DNA of 58,070 nucleotides, filler included, from Sluysia triapertura (Eukaryota): the NCBI GenBank assembly GCA_046118255.1. It is 4 parts of 4 records of this genome, joined end to end, with 100 filler letters (N's around TTAATTAATTAA, not from the genome) between each part and the next. Parts side by side here need not be neighbours in the genome. Positions count along the whole stretch, not along the records: positions 1 to 14,143 come from JBJNIA010005333.1; positions 14,244 to 33,997 come from JBJNIA010053219.1; 2 more parts are not named here. One strand, written 5' to 3'. The notes under the pieces are model-generated. The model made no database searches. It saw only the letters and a program-made list of their open reading frames with translations, and was not told the DNA's origin. This document shows positions 13,626 through 26,102 of this stretch, one piece after another. The translations under genes and the position numbers were made by a program. Each line of letters opens with the position of its first letter. The first letter of the stretch is position 1.

Positions 13626-13719
13626 AACGAAAATAGTATCAACCAAAAATAGACACAATTAAAAATCACAATAAAAATTTGCCAAAATCACATAAATTTT
13701 TAGCACAAATGTAGAACTA

Positions 13720-14143
13720 ATGAAAAGGAAATTAGTTAAACAATGTGGTTAAATTAGTTAAATTAGACGTTAAATTAGTTAAATTAGTTAAATTAGACGT
13801 TCTTCAGCTTTTCCAATATGTGTTTCGCATCTTATCAGAGAACGTTCTGATTTTAATCCGAAATGGTATCATTTTTCAAATAATGAACATATCTGTAATA
13901 TTTTTATGAATGAAACGACATCATCCTTCGATTATGGTATACAATGTCAGGAAATAATGAATTGGCAAAAAGAATGGATTACTAAGTTATGTGATAACAG
14001 TTCGGTTAATGATTATATTTCTAATAAACTATTTTCTACTTGGTGTCAATGTGTTCAGTGCAAAATTTGGAGACAAGTTAGTCTGTCTGTTAGAACAATA
14101 TCTATAGAATTAGAAAGCCTCTTATGTTGTCGTATAATGAAAT
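13720..14143 (+). pseudogene. KDM1B: KDM1B/LSD2-like N-terminal zinc finger plus zf-CW, disrupted and cut off by a gap
   Basis: MKRKLVKQCG, then a repeat carrying stops, then SSAFPICVSH..KWYHFSNNEHICNIF..W..W..STWCQCVQCKIWRQV..CRIMK. Compare recalled LSD2: CPVC..RWYHLSCGEHFCNEC..WVQC....CRKWRQL..CGMK. Confidence 0.7.
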
Positions 14144-14243
14144 NNNNNNNNNNNNNNNNNNNNNNNNNNNNNNNNNNNNNNNNNNNNTTAATTAATTAAN
14201 NNNNNNNNNNNNNNNNNNNNNNNNNNNNNNNNNNNNNNNNNNN
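14144..14243. other. Assembly gap spacer
   Basis: N44-TTAATTAATTAA-N44. Identical spacers at 33998-34097 and 46734-46833. Confidence 0.97.
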
Positions 14244-14420
14244 GAATGTTTGAGATATAGATTGTTTTGTTGGTGAATGTAGGTTGGTAAAGTGTTATGA
14301 TTGTGTATTGTTGTTTTATGGGATGAATTGTGTGGTGTTTATAGTTGAAAAGTATGGTTGTGATTACGGTTATTTTAATAAGATTTATTTTGATCTTGCA
14401 TTATAGGATTGACCACTACA
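14244..14420 (-). mobile_element. R2 terminus, inverted relative to copy A
   Basis: TG-rich stretch ending in GATTGACCACTACA. Confidence 0.7.
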
Positions 14421-17400
14421 TCATATTAGGTTTCTGTCTTCTTCGTTGTACCTTAAAGCTAAGTACAAACCAAATTCAATCGTTAATTATTAAGTTTCTT
14501 TAATGTCATTAATATTCAGTTGATACATACAGTCGATTGTTGGATATTCATATTATTCGATACCGGAACATAAATATTTACTTGTAATATATTCTATAAC
14601 GTAAATTCATCATAAATTATAAAATTTAATTTCTGTAAAATAAATGTTCCCTTAAGTATGGAAAGTTTATTTCAGTTGAGTTAATAAATATTTTCATTTG
14701 ATTTTTAGTTTTTCGTCAGAGTTTTGGAATTAAGCTTTCCTATCTTTAACATCACGATAATTAATAATCGCACGTTTAAACAAGTTTATCACGTAAGTCA
14801 TTTTTTATTAGTAACAGAGTAAAAAAACATTTGAGTTTCAAAATTAAACTAATATCCACTTATAGAATAAACACAGACGAGAAAAATACATTAATATCAA
14901 AATTTTATTCCTTAAAATTTATATAGTTTTTATAACGCTGATTTTAATTTATTATAAGAATATATAAATCTTCTTTTGTGAATTTAATCTAAATATCATC
15001 GACATAAAAAATTTAACTTTTATCACATAACTGGAACACATTTGTAATTACGAGTTTTGTCATTTATTTTTTGATAGTCATTGTAATAACTGAATATTGT
15101 TAAAGATCTTGAAAGAATGTGCCCACGAATAACGCTAGAAAGAAGTCCAAATTTTAGTAAATTATATGAAGATTATGTATGTTTCATGGTAATACAATTG
15201 AAATATTTTATCAATTGTATATGATTGTGCTTATGGGATTCTTTATATCCTACAAGGCTTTTTCGAGATAATAAACTTTTTAAATTTCAGATCATGTTAA
15301 TAGATTTTGTAAAAGTAAATAGTCTTGAGTGTTATTCATATTTTAATTTTTAAGTGCCTTAAGCACTATTGTATACAAAATTTAAATAGTGAGATTAACA
15401 GCAGAAATAAATATATTACGAATTATGATTATAAGCAACTACTTAAAACACGACTAGGGCCAAAAACATCTTACTCACTTCTCGACTAAGACTTAAAAAA
15501 GGATATGCCATGTCTTTCGTGACTCTTAGGCCAAATATCTCAGCAACAGCAAACTACAATTGTCTAATCTTTGTTTTATGGTATCACATAGTCATCTTAC
15601 TATTCCCTTTGCTTAGAACTAGTTTATACACAACTAGGACACCAATGACATTTCATCAGGTGAAATGCTAAACTTCCTACCAATCAAAAAAACGTAACCT
15701 CTTCTATTTTCGTCCTTTTGAAGAAGTACTGAGGATAATGTTTTTAGTATATTTAATAATATCCGCAGTTGCAGTTATGATACAACCAATTAATTTTGAT
15801 GTTCCAGTAATGCTGTAACCTAATTAAAGTTTCGCATTTCATCATTAAAAAGTTTATATGCTCTTTGAAGGATTTAGATAATACATCAAATAATAGTATA
15901 GAACGATTTTTTTAAAGAATTCATTCCTTCTTATCGAGTTACGGATACAACTTTCTCCTCAGTATTTACGAACAATTTTTCAGTCATCACCACCTTGTTT
16001 TTAATAAACGATTACATTATATTCATGTTTTATGTTATTTTTATTCATTATTAATAAATGTATTTAATTTAAATAAAATACTATTAAATAAAATAAAATG
16101 TATAAATAACTCAAACTTTATTGTAAATAATAGACTAAACAATGAATTAAATTCTTTTAAATGGCCTCAGATAGGCTTTCTTTTAATTTCACATAAAAAT
16201 AAACTACCGAAATATGTAATTGAAATGGATCACTAACCAAAATGGTGTCAGGAGAAAAGTCTCACATTTATATTTAGATTAACTTATATTTTTATTTTTG
16301 GTCTTTATGTTAGTAATAATAAGGACGATAAAAAAAATAAAAATAATCATAAAAATGTAAAATTTAATTGTAAAACTCAAGAAATAATAATATTAACCTT
16401 CTTAAAATAAAACTAAATAGAACCTTACAACATGAGCCAAATTATAACGACAAAGATAATAATCGACGAAATATTAAAAATTACAATAGTGATATTAAAA
16501 TTGTAACCCTTCTAAAGTGTGATAACATAATATCAAATAAACCTCAAAAAGGCAAATCCTTTCTGAAAACAATAAAATACAAAGTAACACATACAATGCA
16601 TATAAAAACAGTACAAACTCCTCAACCTATACCAAATTTAAAAAAATACTTCATCGCAAACTTAACCCAGATCATCCACCGCATCTAACATCGCAAAAGT
16701 ACTGCCATTCACAAACTATTTTCATAATTTCAATATTTATTTGATAGTTCCTACTTGATTATAGTACTTAAAGAAAAGGAACTGCACTATTTAAATTGAA
16801 GTGTAATAAGTTGCATATTTATTAATCGATAATGACACTTTGTAAAAAAATATCTGTAGCCTAATGAACTAATTGAATTATTATGGAAAATTTTTCGTAA
16901 CAATTCTGATTTTTGTTAATATATTTAGATAATTATGATGCACCAGATTTAGATAATATTACAATTGCCAATAATTTATTTGAATTGGCTAAATTACGTG
17001 TAACAAATTTGGTTTTATCCCAAATACAGATGCCATTTGATTTGTGAGATACTAATTCAATTTAGTTGAGATTATGTGGACTTGTAAGATCCTTGGATAC
17101 ATTCTAAAATTTAAATTGGCATCAGAAAAGTCCCATTAATTGCCAAAAAGAATTATATAATTGGTTGTTATCACACCAAACTATAAAATGACAATAATAA
17201 TAATTCAATAACGAAAATAATTAAGTAAAAAATAATAGGCGTGACACCTATACAACAAAATCAATTATTTTTAATGATAGACGAAATGCCTTTAGAGAAA
17301 ATTAATTATTTTTAAAATAATATGCGTAGAAAAGATAGGCATGATACTGATATAGAAGAGGAAACAAGACTGCAGTCATACAAATTTCATAAAATTTAAC

Positions 17401-19557
17401 GAGTCGGAGAAAATGGTAAAGTATTGTCACGAATAATTTTATAAATTTTGCATAAAATTTGTACATTAATTGGCAAGTGTAGGTATACGGTTCATTGCGG
17501 GCGAGTAAAATTGTGGATCACCACTTGTCTGCCACATCCGATTAGTAGCAGTTTCCATCGATTATTCCAAATTTCTTTTACCGACATAGGAATTTCAAAC
17601 AAGAATAAGTCGTAAGTTATTTTTATATAAGTGTCAAAATCAACTGAAAATCCCAATTTTTCATTTTGTCGCTCGAATAAATCTAGCCTTAAAATCATTT
17701 TAAAAATCCGATCACTTAATTAAGCTGTAAAACTTTAATTATTAAATTCAGTATTATTTACTATAATTAATAGCTGTATTATTTTTATCATCGATTATTA
17801 GAATTCTTTTTTTAATTGTTAAGTTCTACGACGTTCACTTTTGTAATATATTCACATACTTGTTTGTTTTTCTCACATTAAAGGAGTGAAATTATATTAT
17901 ATTGACGTCATATTATATTGACATCATAACAGTTATAACCCGGAATTATTTAACATTTTCGGAAAACAATTTAACGTTAATACATAAAAAGGCCAATTGC
18001 CTTATTGACCAAAAGCTAAAGATTCTCGACGTTCAAAGATTAATGAAGACCCTTAAAGTAATAAAAACTCTTTCACTGTGCCTTTCCATACTGTCGAATC
18101 CATAAAAATAAATTCATATTTGCTAACTTATTTTTAAGAAAAACACTAGCAAATATTTGGTACCCGAACTGGGTGAACATTAAGCCAGTTTAAAGTTATA
18201 AAATTAAGCGAAGTTTTCGTTATAAAGGAAAGAAAACTCTAGAAAATTTTATTTTAATTATTCAAGCAAAAGTCTGAATATTATAAGTACTTGTGGGAGA
18301 GATAAATAATAAATAATTTTAATAAAAATCCAAATCAGTTCATGAATTGTTACGCGAATGATTTAATACTTTCGAAAGTTTTAAATTGTTGTTTTATGAA
18401 GAAATGAGAATAAAGTAGAACTAAGAAAAATATATTTTATGCTAAGTAAAAAAAATATGAATATTTATTATTTAAAAGCTTTAAAAGCATAATAAAACAA
18501 CCAATGCAGTAATCCCAAATAAACTACCACTAATTATACTCTTCTTCAACATTGGTAATGGTCTCTATTAAGAATTTCTTGATATCATACAAAAATATGA
18601 TTAATATTTTGGAGGGCTTTAATCTCTTTAACTTTAAGAACAAATTAAAACCAAAGTTATTTATACGGATTAAACCATTATTATTACAATGGAAATTATG
18701 ATAACAATAACTGTAACTCATGATAACTGTAAATTATGATTGTGTGTGTTTTGTCTAAGTCAAATAATTCGTTTAGTGTTTTGCTTATTTATGAAATCTT
18801 AATTTGTGATGGTTGTGTATGTGTGGAGTTCACTGCAAATATGAATTTCATTCGTTTGTATTTTTCTTTGATCGATCATTACATTGAAAAATTGAAATTA
18901 AAATTTAAAATATCGCGTTTAATCAAGAATTTTATCGGAAATTATGTTAAGCTATGTTAAGTTATAGAAATATTTGCGATTAAAATAGGATCGGCAACAA
19001 GAATTGGAATAAGTTCCTGGAACTTCGGCTATCTGGTATTGTGGTTGAAAGAAACCTCAGCTATTCTACTGAACCATTAAAATATAAAATATATGCCGAT
19101 GAAATATCACTCGGATTATGATTCTGAAATAGTTCAGTTTATAAGTGATTATAAAAAGACTTCTGAGGTTAAGTTCAAATAAAACTATCAAATGAGTGTC
19201 ACTAAGAATTCTAACTTGTACCAATGATATTATCATGTATGTAAGAGGAATATCGAAAATGTTAAAGTTTGTGTAATAACCTATAATAATAATAATAATT
19301 TTACAATCTTTGGAAGTTACATAAATGAGATTGTTTCACATCCAGAAAAAACTTAGTGATCAGCTGCAAACTGTTTCAGGTTATTTCGATTATAGGTTCG
19401 AAATACTCAATTTTCTCTTTAAAATACTTATTTAGGTTGTATATAATAATAGTTTATTAATAAAAATAATGTACCCTTATCATTTTTTCGTGTTGTTTGT
19501 ATTTTATTTTGTAATTATATTTTTATCGTCTATTATGTATATGTCATGTAATTCTAG

Positions 19558-20640
19558 ATGGCACAACCCAATGGCAAAATCTTTATCCAAACCAAGGCTT
19601 TTTATGGAGGCATTGACTGTTTCTCTAAACATAATGTCCCTCCTACTTCATTTTTAAATTCTAAGTCAACCCTTAATCCTCTTAAGTCTGAAATTAATGA
19701 AAACTTTGCCACACATCTTTTTAGTCTATCTTCTACTTGCCCATCAGTTACTATTAATTAATTATTGGGTTTTCCAACAAACCACAGTTTTATCATTTTG
19801 GCAGCCTCGCGAGGTGTTCTCAAGGTTACCTTGACAATTGATTCTTCCCCTCTTCTTTTTCGTCCTTGAGATTTGACAATATTGTCCCTAGGAAGTCGAA
19901 ATGATAACTTAATCCTTTATATGACACCGATGTGAAACATTTCGACGCGTGGCAAGAATAATTAACTTTCGCCCATATTCCGTTCTCACCCATTTTTGAA
20001 AACAAATTAATCTTTGTGGCATTTCATCACGTCTTAGATGTCAAAAATGAACATCAAACTATTCAGTTAGGTTTCATGCCCTACCATAGGAAATTTCATT
20101 CTATTGACATCATAAGACCACGAGTTCGCGTCCAGAATTTTTACAAAGAAATACCTGAACTCAACGACCAAAATCTAACATCGGCTAAGAACATTGAGAA
20201 CATTAGGGGCTTTTGGCTCGCATCTTTGCACGATAAATTTTTTGTTTGTCTTTATCCCGAATTAGTTGTAAAAACATTAAATATTCCTTATGGTTGGTTG
20301 AGAAGAATAGTGAACATCACCAACACCAATCTCGCGTGTTTCTCATCCGCCGATCACATTATAAGAGGAAACCAGGTCCTAAAGTTATTATATCCCTTCT
20401 TACCTAAAATGTCTTTTATGAATCTCACTCAGAATTCGATTTTCTTGTTTGATCATCTTAGGGCTAAGGATCCATCTTTCCTACCGAAATGTCTATCTCC
20501 ATCCCTTTCTTTTTCTTCTTTTACTTCTATTCTATCATCTCCTTCTTAGTCTACTTCTACTTCTGCCTAGCTCCATCGAATCCGAATCCACAAGCCTAAA
20601 ACACCTAAAGAAATTTATTTTCCAAAAAAGAAAATAAAAT
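19558..20640 (+). pseudogene. Orphan intronless coding-like region, broken (includes 177-aa ORF 20016-20549)
   Basis: Higher GC than the flanks; ATG directly after TTCTAG; successive ORFs separated by stops. No family recognised. Confidence 0.4.
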
Positions 20641-20660
20641 TTCTAAAAAAAGAAATTTTG

Positions 20661-20750
20661 CTTCTAGAATGTTCTAGAACATTCCATCGATTTTCATTGG
20701 CTGATAACTAATATATAAACTAGCATCAGTTTAATGAAAATCACCATTTT
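20661..20750 (+). promoter_or_regulatory. Heat-shock promoter: 5-unit HSE, inverted CCAAT box, TATA box
   Basis: TTCtaGAAtgTTCtaGAAcaTTC (20662-20684), ATTGG (20696-20700), TATATAAA (20712-20719), and an Inr-like CCATTTT about 30 nt later. Confidence 0.75.
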
Positions 20751-21873
20751 AAATTTTGCAGCCATTTGTAATTTGTATACAAATTTTCTTTATACAAATC
20801 GGATTGGGCAACGAACAAATTTCTCATCGAAGGATTTTTATGTTCCATGAAAGGGTAACTTATTTTATTGTTAAGGTGATTTTGATTTTATAAGTCAAGA
20901 TCCTAAAATATAGTAAAAATGAATTTTTAGCTTTAATATAGTAAGGACACCGATATATTGAGGGGAAATTTTCTACTCAAATTTTAAAAGTAATTAGATC
21001 GAATATCTTAATAGGATTTAGATCATAAAATAATAATTACGTTTTATTTTGTTTCTTATTCTGTATTATAACCTGTTACACGCATGCATTTAGTTTAATA
21101 TAATTCAAAAGTTAATTGAGTTTTTTCTTTATTGTGCTACTTAAAATTAAGACCATCGTAACAAAGTTGTTAGACGTAATATTTCAAATGATTATAGTAA
21201 AATTCTCAACTTATTAATTACAGAGGTGCCAACTACTAGTTGTAAGACGTTTACTGTAACCGGTCCCTGCTCAATTTTTATTTTGCCGTAAGCTTAGCAT
21301 TAAGAAAACCATAGAAATTCCATGTATTTGCTATTATTATTATTTATTGAAATTTGAAATAAACAAGGAACTTATTTCAGAACTCAGATTGAAGATATCT
21401 AATTTAACGGATGTTGGTGGTTAATTAAATATCAAGAATATTAAAGTAACGTATTGACTAAACGAAAAGAAATTAATTTTTTCGTGAAAATACAAAAAAG
21501 TGATAAATGATTGAACACATTGTGCAAAACTTGTTTTACTTATAATTTTTTAAAAATATTTACAATTTCATTCCTATGTGAAAAATCAATTTCAAACAAT
21601 TCCGGTTTTATGTTCGTACAAATTAATTTATCGAGTTTTATATAATGTTTTATTCATACGAAGAGTAATAAATCAGCTAATCAAAATTATTATCATATTA
21701 TATATAATACAGCGACATTTTTACATAATTCATAACTCTGTTAAATTTACATTTCTTATGAAAAATTCCACATCGTTAATAACATTTTTGTATGCATGTA
21801 TGCATTATCTGGTGTTTAGAACATTTATATTTTTTATAAATATTTAACCAAAGTTTTGTTATTATTAACTAAC

Positions 21874-22048
21874 TTTATATGCGCCTCTTTCACGTAATAG
21901 ATCAGCAGCCGTCACAAACTGGTCCACATCATCAATGATATCGTCCACAATAATAGCAATTTTTCCACTGACATCTCCAACTATAGTCAGGGGAGGTTTC
22001 TCTTTAGGCTGCATCATCGGAAGGAGTTCCATGCCAACATGGAGAGAT
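21874..22048 (-). CDS. PRPSAP: PRPP synthetase-associated protein, internal exon
   Basis: AG/GT-bounded exon [63 protein letters not shown] and DDIIDD are PRPSAP-specific (catalytic PRPS has DDMADT). Confidence 0.92.
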
Positions 22049-23240
22049 CTAAAAGAAAAATACTTTGAAAACAATTTTTTCATTCGAATAAATGCTAAAT
22101 AATTAATTTATGATTAATTTCAGTAAAATTAAAAATAAAAATAGTCACTTGAAAACATTAGATCATTTTGAAATTTCTTTATATTTGCACTTTTTAGCAA
22201 TAAACATAAATCAAATGGTTTTTTCGTCATTTTTTGGAGATTGAAAGTATTTAACTATCACCGTAAGATATTCTACAATTTGATGGTTTCGGAAAACCGA
22301 ATAGCTTCAATTCTTAAAACTTCGTAATTTATTTGAAGTTCAAAAAAAGTTATTATACTCTTAAAATCTGTCAAAATAATTGTATAATTTACTAGAATAA
22401 AAATAAATTATTAACGATAGGTTAATCCATTTTATAAGGTCTAACATTTCACAATTGTGATGCTTCATAAAGAATTTATTTATAAAGATTTATCACCTAT
22501 TCATATTATAACGTAGTTAATAAACTCATCGAATTTTTATAGTTATAAAGCATCAGTTTGATTAAACAGCCGGTGGTCTCGATTTTGAGTCCCGATCAGT
22601 CCATGTTATGAAGTCTAACATTATATCTAACCTATTATCCACCAATGTCCCTTCTTTGGACGCTCTTCCTTGTAATACCCATCTTTTAAATGCAAGTTCT
22701 AAATAAAATATATTAAAGAACATGTGAAAATAAAAATGGTATCGGATAAATGTATTCTTTATTTCATTGTTTATTGACATTCTAATAAATTTAGTGAATT
22801 CTAGGAAATAAACCGTGCGACATTTAAATCAAAGGTCGAAACACAATAATTGTTCTTTCGTGAATAATAATAACTTACATTCTTAATTCTAATTTATTCG
22901 GCTGATCGATTATTTATCTGTAGAACAGAAATAGCGGTTCAAAACAAATAAAAATTCATTTAATTATATTTACTTTTCATAAAAATTAAAGTTACGTATT
23001 AATTAATTTTTCACTTATCTACACCTGAATATTTTATTAAAATTCTAAGATCTGTTGCCTCCAAGACATTAACTTCTCTGCAATGTATGCTATGAGGCCT
23101 ATTTCTACGGACTCTACATGACACCATATATAAGAATTAAATTGCATAGTATTGCTACTTTGCTGAAGTCACGCAAATTTTAGTATATTATGAATCGAAA
23201 ATTATGGCAATTATTAATAATTCTTGCTTTCGACGGCATG

Positions 23241-23560
23241 CAGAGGTTCTCGTGCCTAAGCTAGTTTTATCTTTACGGTTAAATTTAAAAGTTGTTTACA
23301 GTTAAAAATTTTATGAAAAAATGTATAATTTTAATCTCGAATTTTGTCGAATTTTGCCTACTCAGGTTCGTCTTTCTGGTTCACACACAACTTTTTATTT
23401 CAAAATAACGCAAGATATTTTGAATTGTGTATTCAACTTTTGTAAATCGTTCCATATTAGGATTCATTGCTTCTAATTAAAAAAATTCAGTATGAACATC
23501 TGTTTAAGGTAAGTTCTAGCGGGTTGAGGACCAGGATTCCCAAATGCTTTCAAAGTAGTC
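23241..23560 (-). mobile_element. pogo/Tigger transposase C-terminal relic with a possible TIR
   Basis: LEAMNPNMERFTKVEYTIQNILRYFEIK resembles the recalled Tigger C-terminal DPNxERxxKV motif. Pogo-like end CAGAGGTTCTCG at 23241. Confidence 0.45.
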
Positions 23561-25039
23561 GTTAGTCCGAACTGATGTGACATATTCAATAAAATATTAA
23601 AATAAACATATACTTTATACATACCATTTCTTAAGAAATATGCTAATATTTATGATTTTAATCTTGTTTCTGTTTACCTTCTAAGTGTACATTTATAAAA
23701 TTAAATATTAATAACTAGATACAATAAGAAAGTCTAAATTAAGCGGCATATAAAGAATGCATGAAGCATTTAATAAATATATGAATAAAAAAGATCAAAA
23801 CATATTCATATATGGTATGTAATTTTATATTATGTATATGTAGAATCAGCAATTTGTTTTAGTATACAGCTTTACTTTTCTTCAAAACATAATGGAACAC
23901 CAATTGAATAGAGTAACGTTATAAAGTCGAAAAGCAATTTAAAAAATTGAAGATTTTCTGATGTTCTCTATTCTACCTACATTTTAAAGGCCACTTTTGT
24001 TTAAGACCAAATTGATTAAAGAAAGATTCGATTTAGTTATTCCAGAACATAAGTTGATTATCATTTACACGGTTTTATATCTATTGATTTTTTAAAATAT
24101 ATCAATAGTTTTCTATCATTTTTTCTGCATTATTGCAAATTTTTTATTTAACAAATGAATACGGTGTGGAATTCAAATCGTATTTTACCTGTAGAAAATA
24201 AAAATCTATTTTTGTCTCAATTTAATTTACGGAACTTCGTTATTCTTGCTGACGATGGACTAATATTATTTTTCTGTACTAATGATTTGATTTCATAAAA
24301 TGGTGTTAAAAAAACATCGAAAATTAAAACAAAGAAACTTTATTCAATGTGACAAAACAATAATAACTAACATAAATATTTTTCATTTCATAACCAGACT
24401 ACATTGTAAATATGGGACTCAAATGAAATTATTCATGCAGGGTTAGTTATAAAGAACAGCTATTTAATTTGTACACATTTTTTCGTGATAATCAATATTT
24501 TTCAAGTTTCCATCATATTTTTATAAAATTAAAACGTGTCTATTTATTATTAAAAGCAAAAGCTGAATTTTATATGCGGATTTTATAAGCTGCTTTGTTA
24601 ACAAGCAAAAAAACAAAAGTAAATAATTACAATTTACGATTTAATGACCTGCATTCCATTGGAGAGTAAAGGCTAAAAATTAGAATAGATTCGGGAGTTG
24701 ATTTTACTGATAAATAATTTAAATTATTAATAAACCAAAAGTAAACATGATTATTTATTACTTAGTGCAAATAAAAAAGCAAAACAAGACTAGGTTGGCC
24801 CAAAAGTACTTTGTTCGCGTTCTAAATAATCTTGTAACGACGAGGTAACAACTTAATAAAATTTAAATACCAGTTTTGCTGCTAGACACGATTTAAGACA
24901 AGTTCTGAAGTAATCTGAAGGAGCAATGTCTCGAATATGATATTAAATCAAATCCATCAAGATCATCTAATATCTCTTCTGTCTTTTTCAATGCATGAAG
25001 TTAAGAAGTATCTTGCTTAAGTAACACTTTATTTCTGTT

Positions 25040-25320
25040 AAATAAATCTAGTTATCAATCAATAATAATAGCACCAACTATTTTTATCTGATATACCAAC
25101 TATCAAACACAAATATCCTTTTTTTAGTCAATCTCGCCCAAACCTAACCATTCATTTTCACATTCTTGATTACAATGCTGAAGTATTGCATTAAATTTCT
25201 GCTAATTTGTAATCTTAATTTGTAAACTTAAAAATTTGAAACTTAGAACACAAATCTTTATGGCCTCTAAAACGGTGATACTTAGAGACAGCATGGTCAA
25301 TTCTTATTTTTAAACTTTCT
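25040..25320 (+). repeat. R2 internal fragment (same orientation as copy A)
   Basis: CCAAACCTAACCATTCATTTTCACAT resembles 12842 CCAACCTAAATCCATTTCATTTGCACAT. Confidence 0.5.
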
Positions 25321-25930
25321 ATGTCATTGTTGTAACAGCTTTACATTTTATACCAGAGCTGTCTACTTTGCATATCATTCTATGTGCATTTGCTGATGTG
25401 ATTTCTTTTCTCCAATAATGCCGGAACAAGCCATATTTTATTGAAATTTAAAATACAATTAAAAGAACAATTGAAGCGTTCAAAAAATATAGAATACCAC
25501 ATTTTAAAAATTGTATTACAAAAATATAAAATACTTATGGGACAACCTGATAATAAATTACATATAATATACAAAAATGTTGTTAGAAGGTAAAGCATTA
25601 AAAAAGAAAATTCATTAAAATGGATACATGTGCAAGATCAGACTATATACAATATTCAAAATCATAATATATTACATTTTAAAAGTATTAAATTTATTAA
25701 AATTAATTTTCATTCAGAAACTGTAAAAACAAAAATAAATCAAATAATTGTTAAATAACATTAGCAGGAAATATTTTATTAAAAAAACCATAAGATAATA
25801 CATGCACTAAATTATTTGATTAAGATGCATAAATTAAAACCAATAACTTCATAAAATAAAATATGGCAGGATATTGTTTTATAAGAAATTAAATGTTTCA
25901 ATTAATGTTTATTTTAGGATTAGTATTTAA

Positions 25931-26083
25931 CACGTTGAATGCCACGGGGATCACCGGTGACCTCAGTGAATTAACTGTTCTGTTGTAAATAATATTTCAT
26001 CAAAATAAATATGCAACACATAGTGAGAAATTCATTTTGGCCAGACGGGCAAGCTATGTAAAATCAGCGTGGCATTCAACGTG
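25931..26083. mobile_element. piggyBac-like MITE
   Basis: TTAA TSD; perfect 16-bp TIR CACGTTGAATGCCACG; subterminal palindrome TCACCGGTGA. Confidence 0.9.
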
Positions 26084-26102
26084 TTAAAACTGAAAATTGT
26101 CT

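Noticed and set aside
14144-14243. TTAATTAATTAA motif inside N-runs (also 33998-34097 and 46734-46833)
   Set aside because: Artificial six-frame-stop scaffold spacer. Adjacency across these gaps is unverified.
15700-15830. Possible Tc1 HTH relic (GYSITGTSKLIGC..GRK) on the minus strand
   Set aside because: Too short and degenerate; no TIR or DDE region seen.
22562-22700. Exon-like block ELAFKRWVLQGRASKEG.. as the next PRPSAP exon
   Set aside because: No PRPSAP similarity and it ends in a stop. Identity unknown.
23520-23560. NPGP motif (LKAFGNPGP) suggesting a 2A peptide
   Set aside because: Lacks the D(V/I)Ex part of the 2A consensus and lies in a probable Tigger relic.
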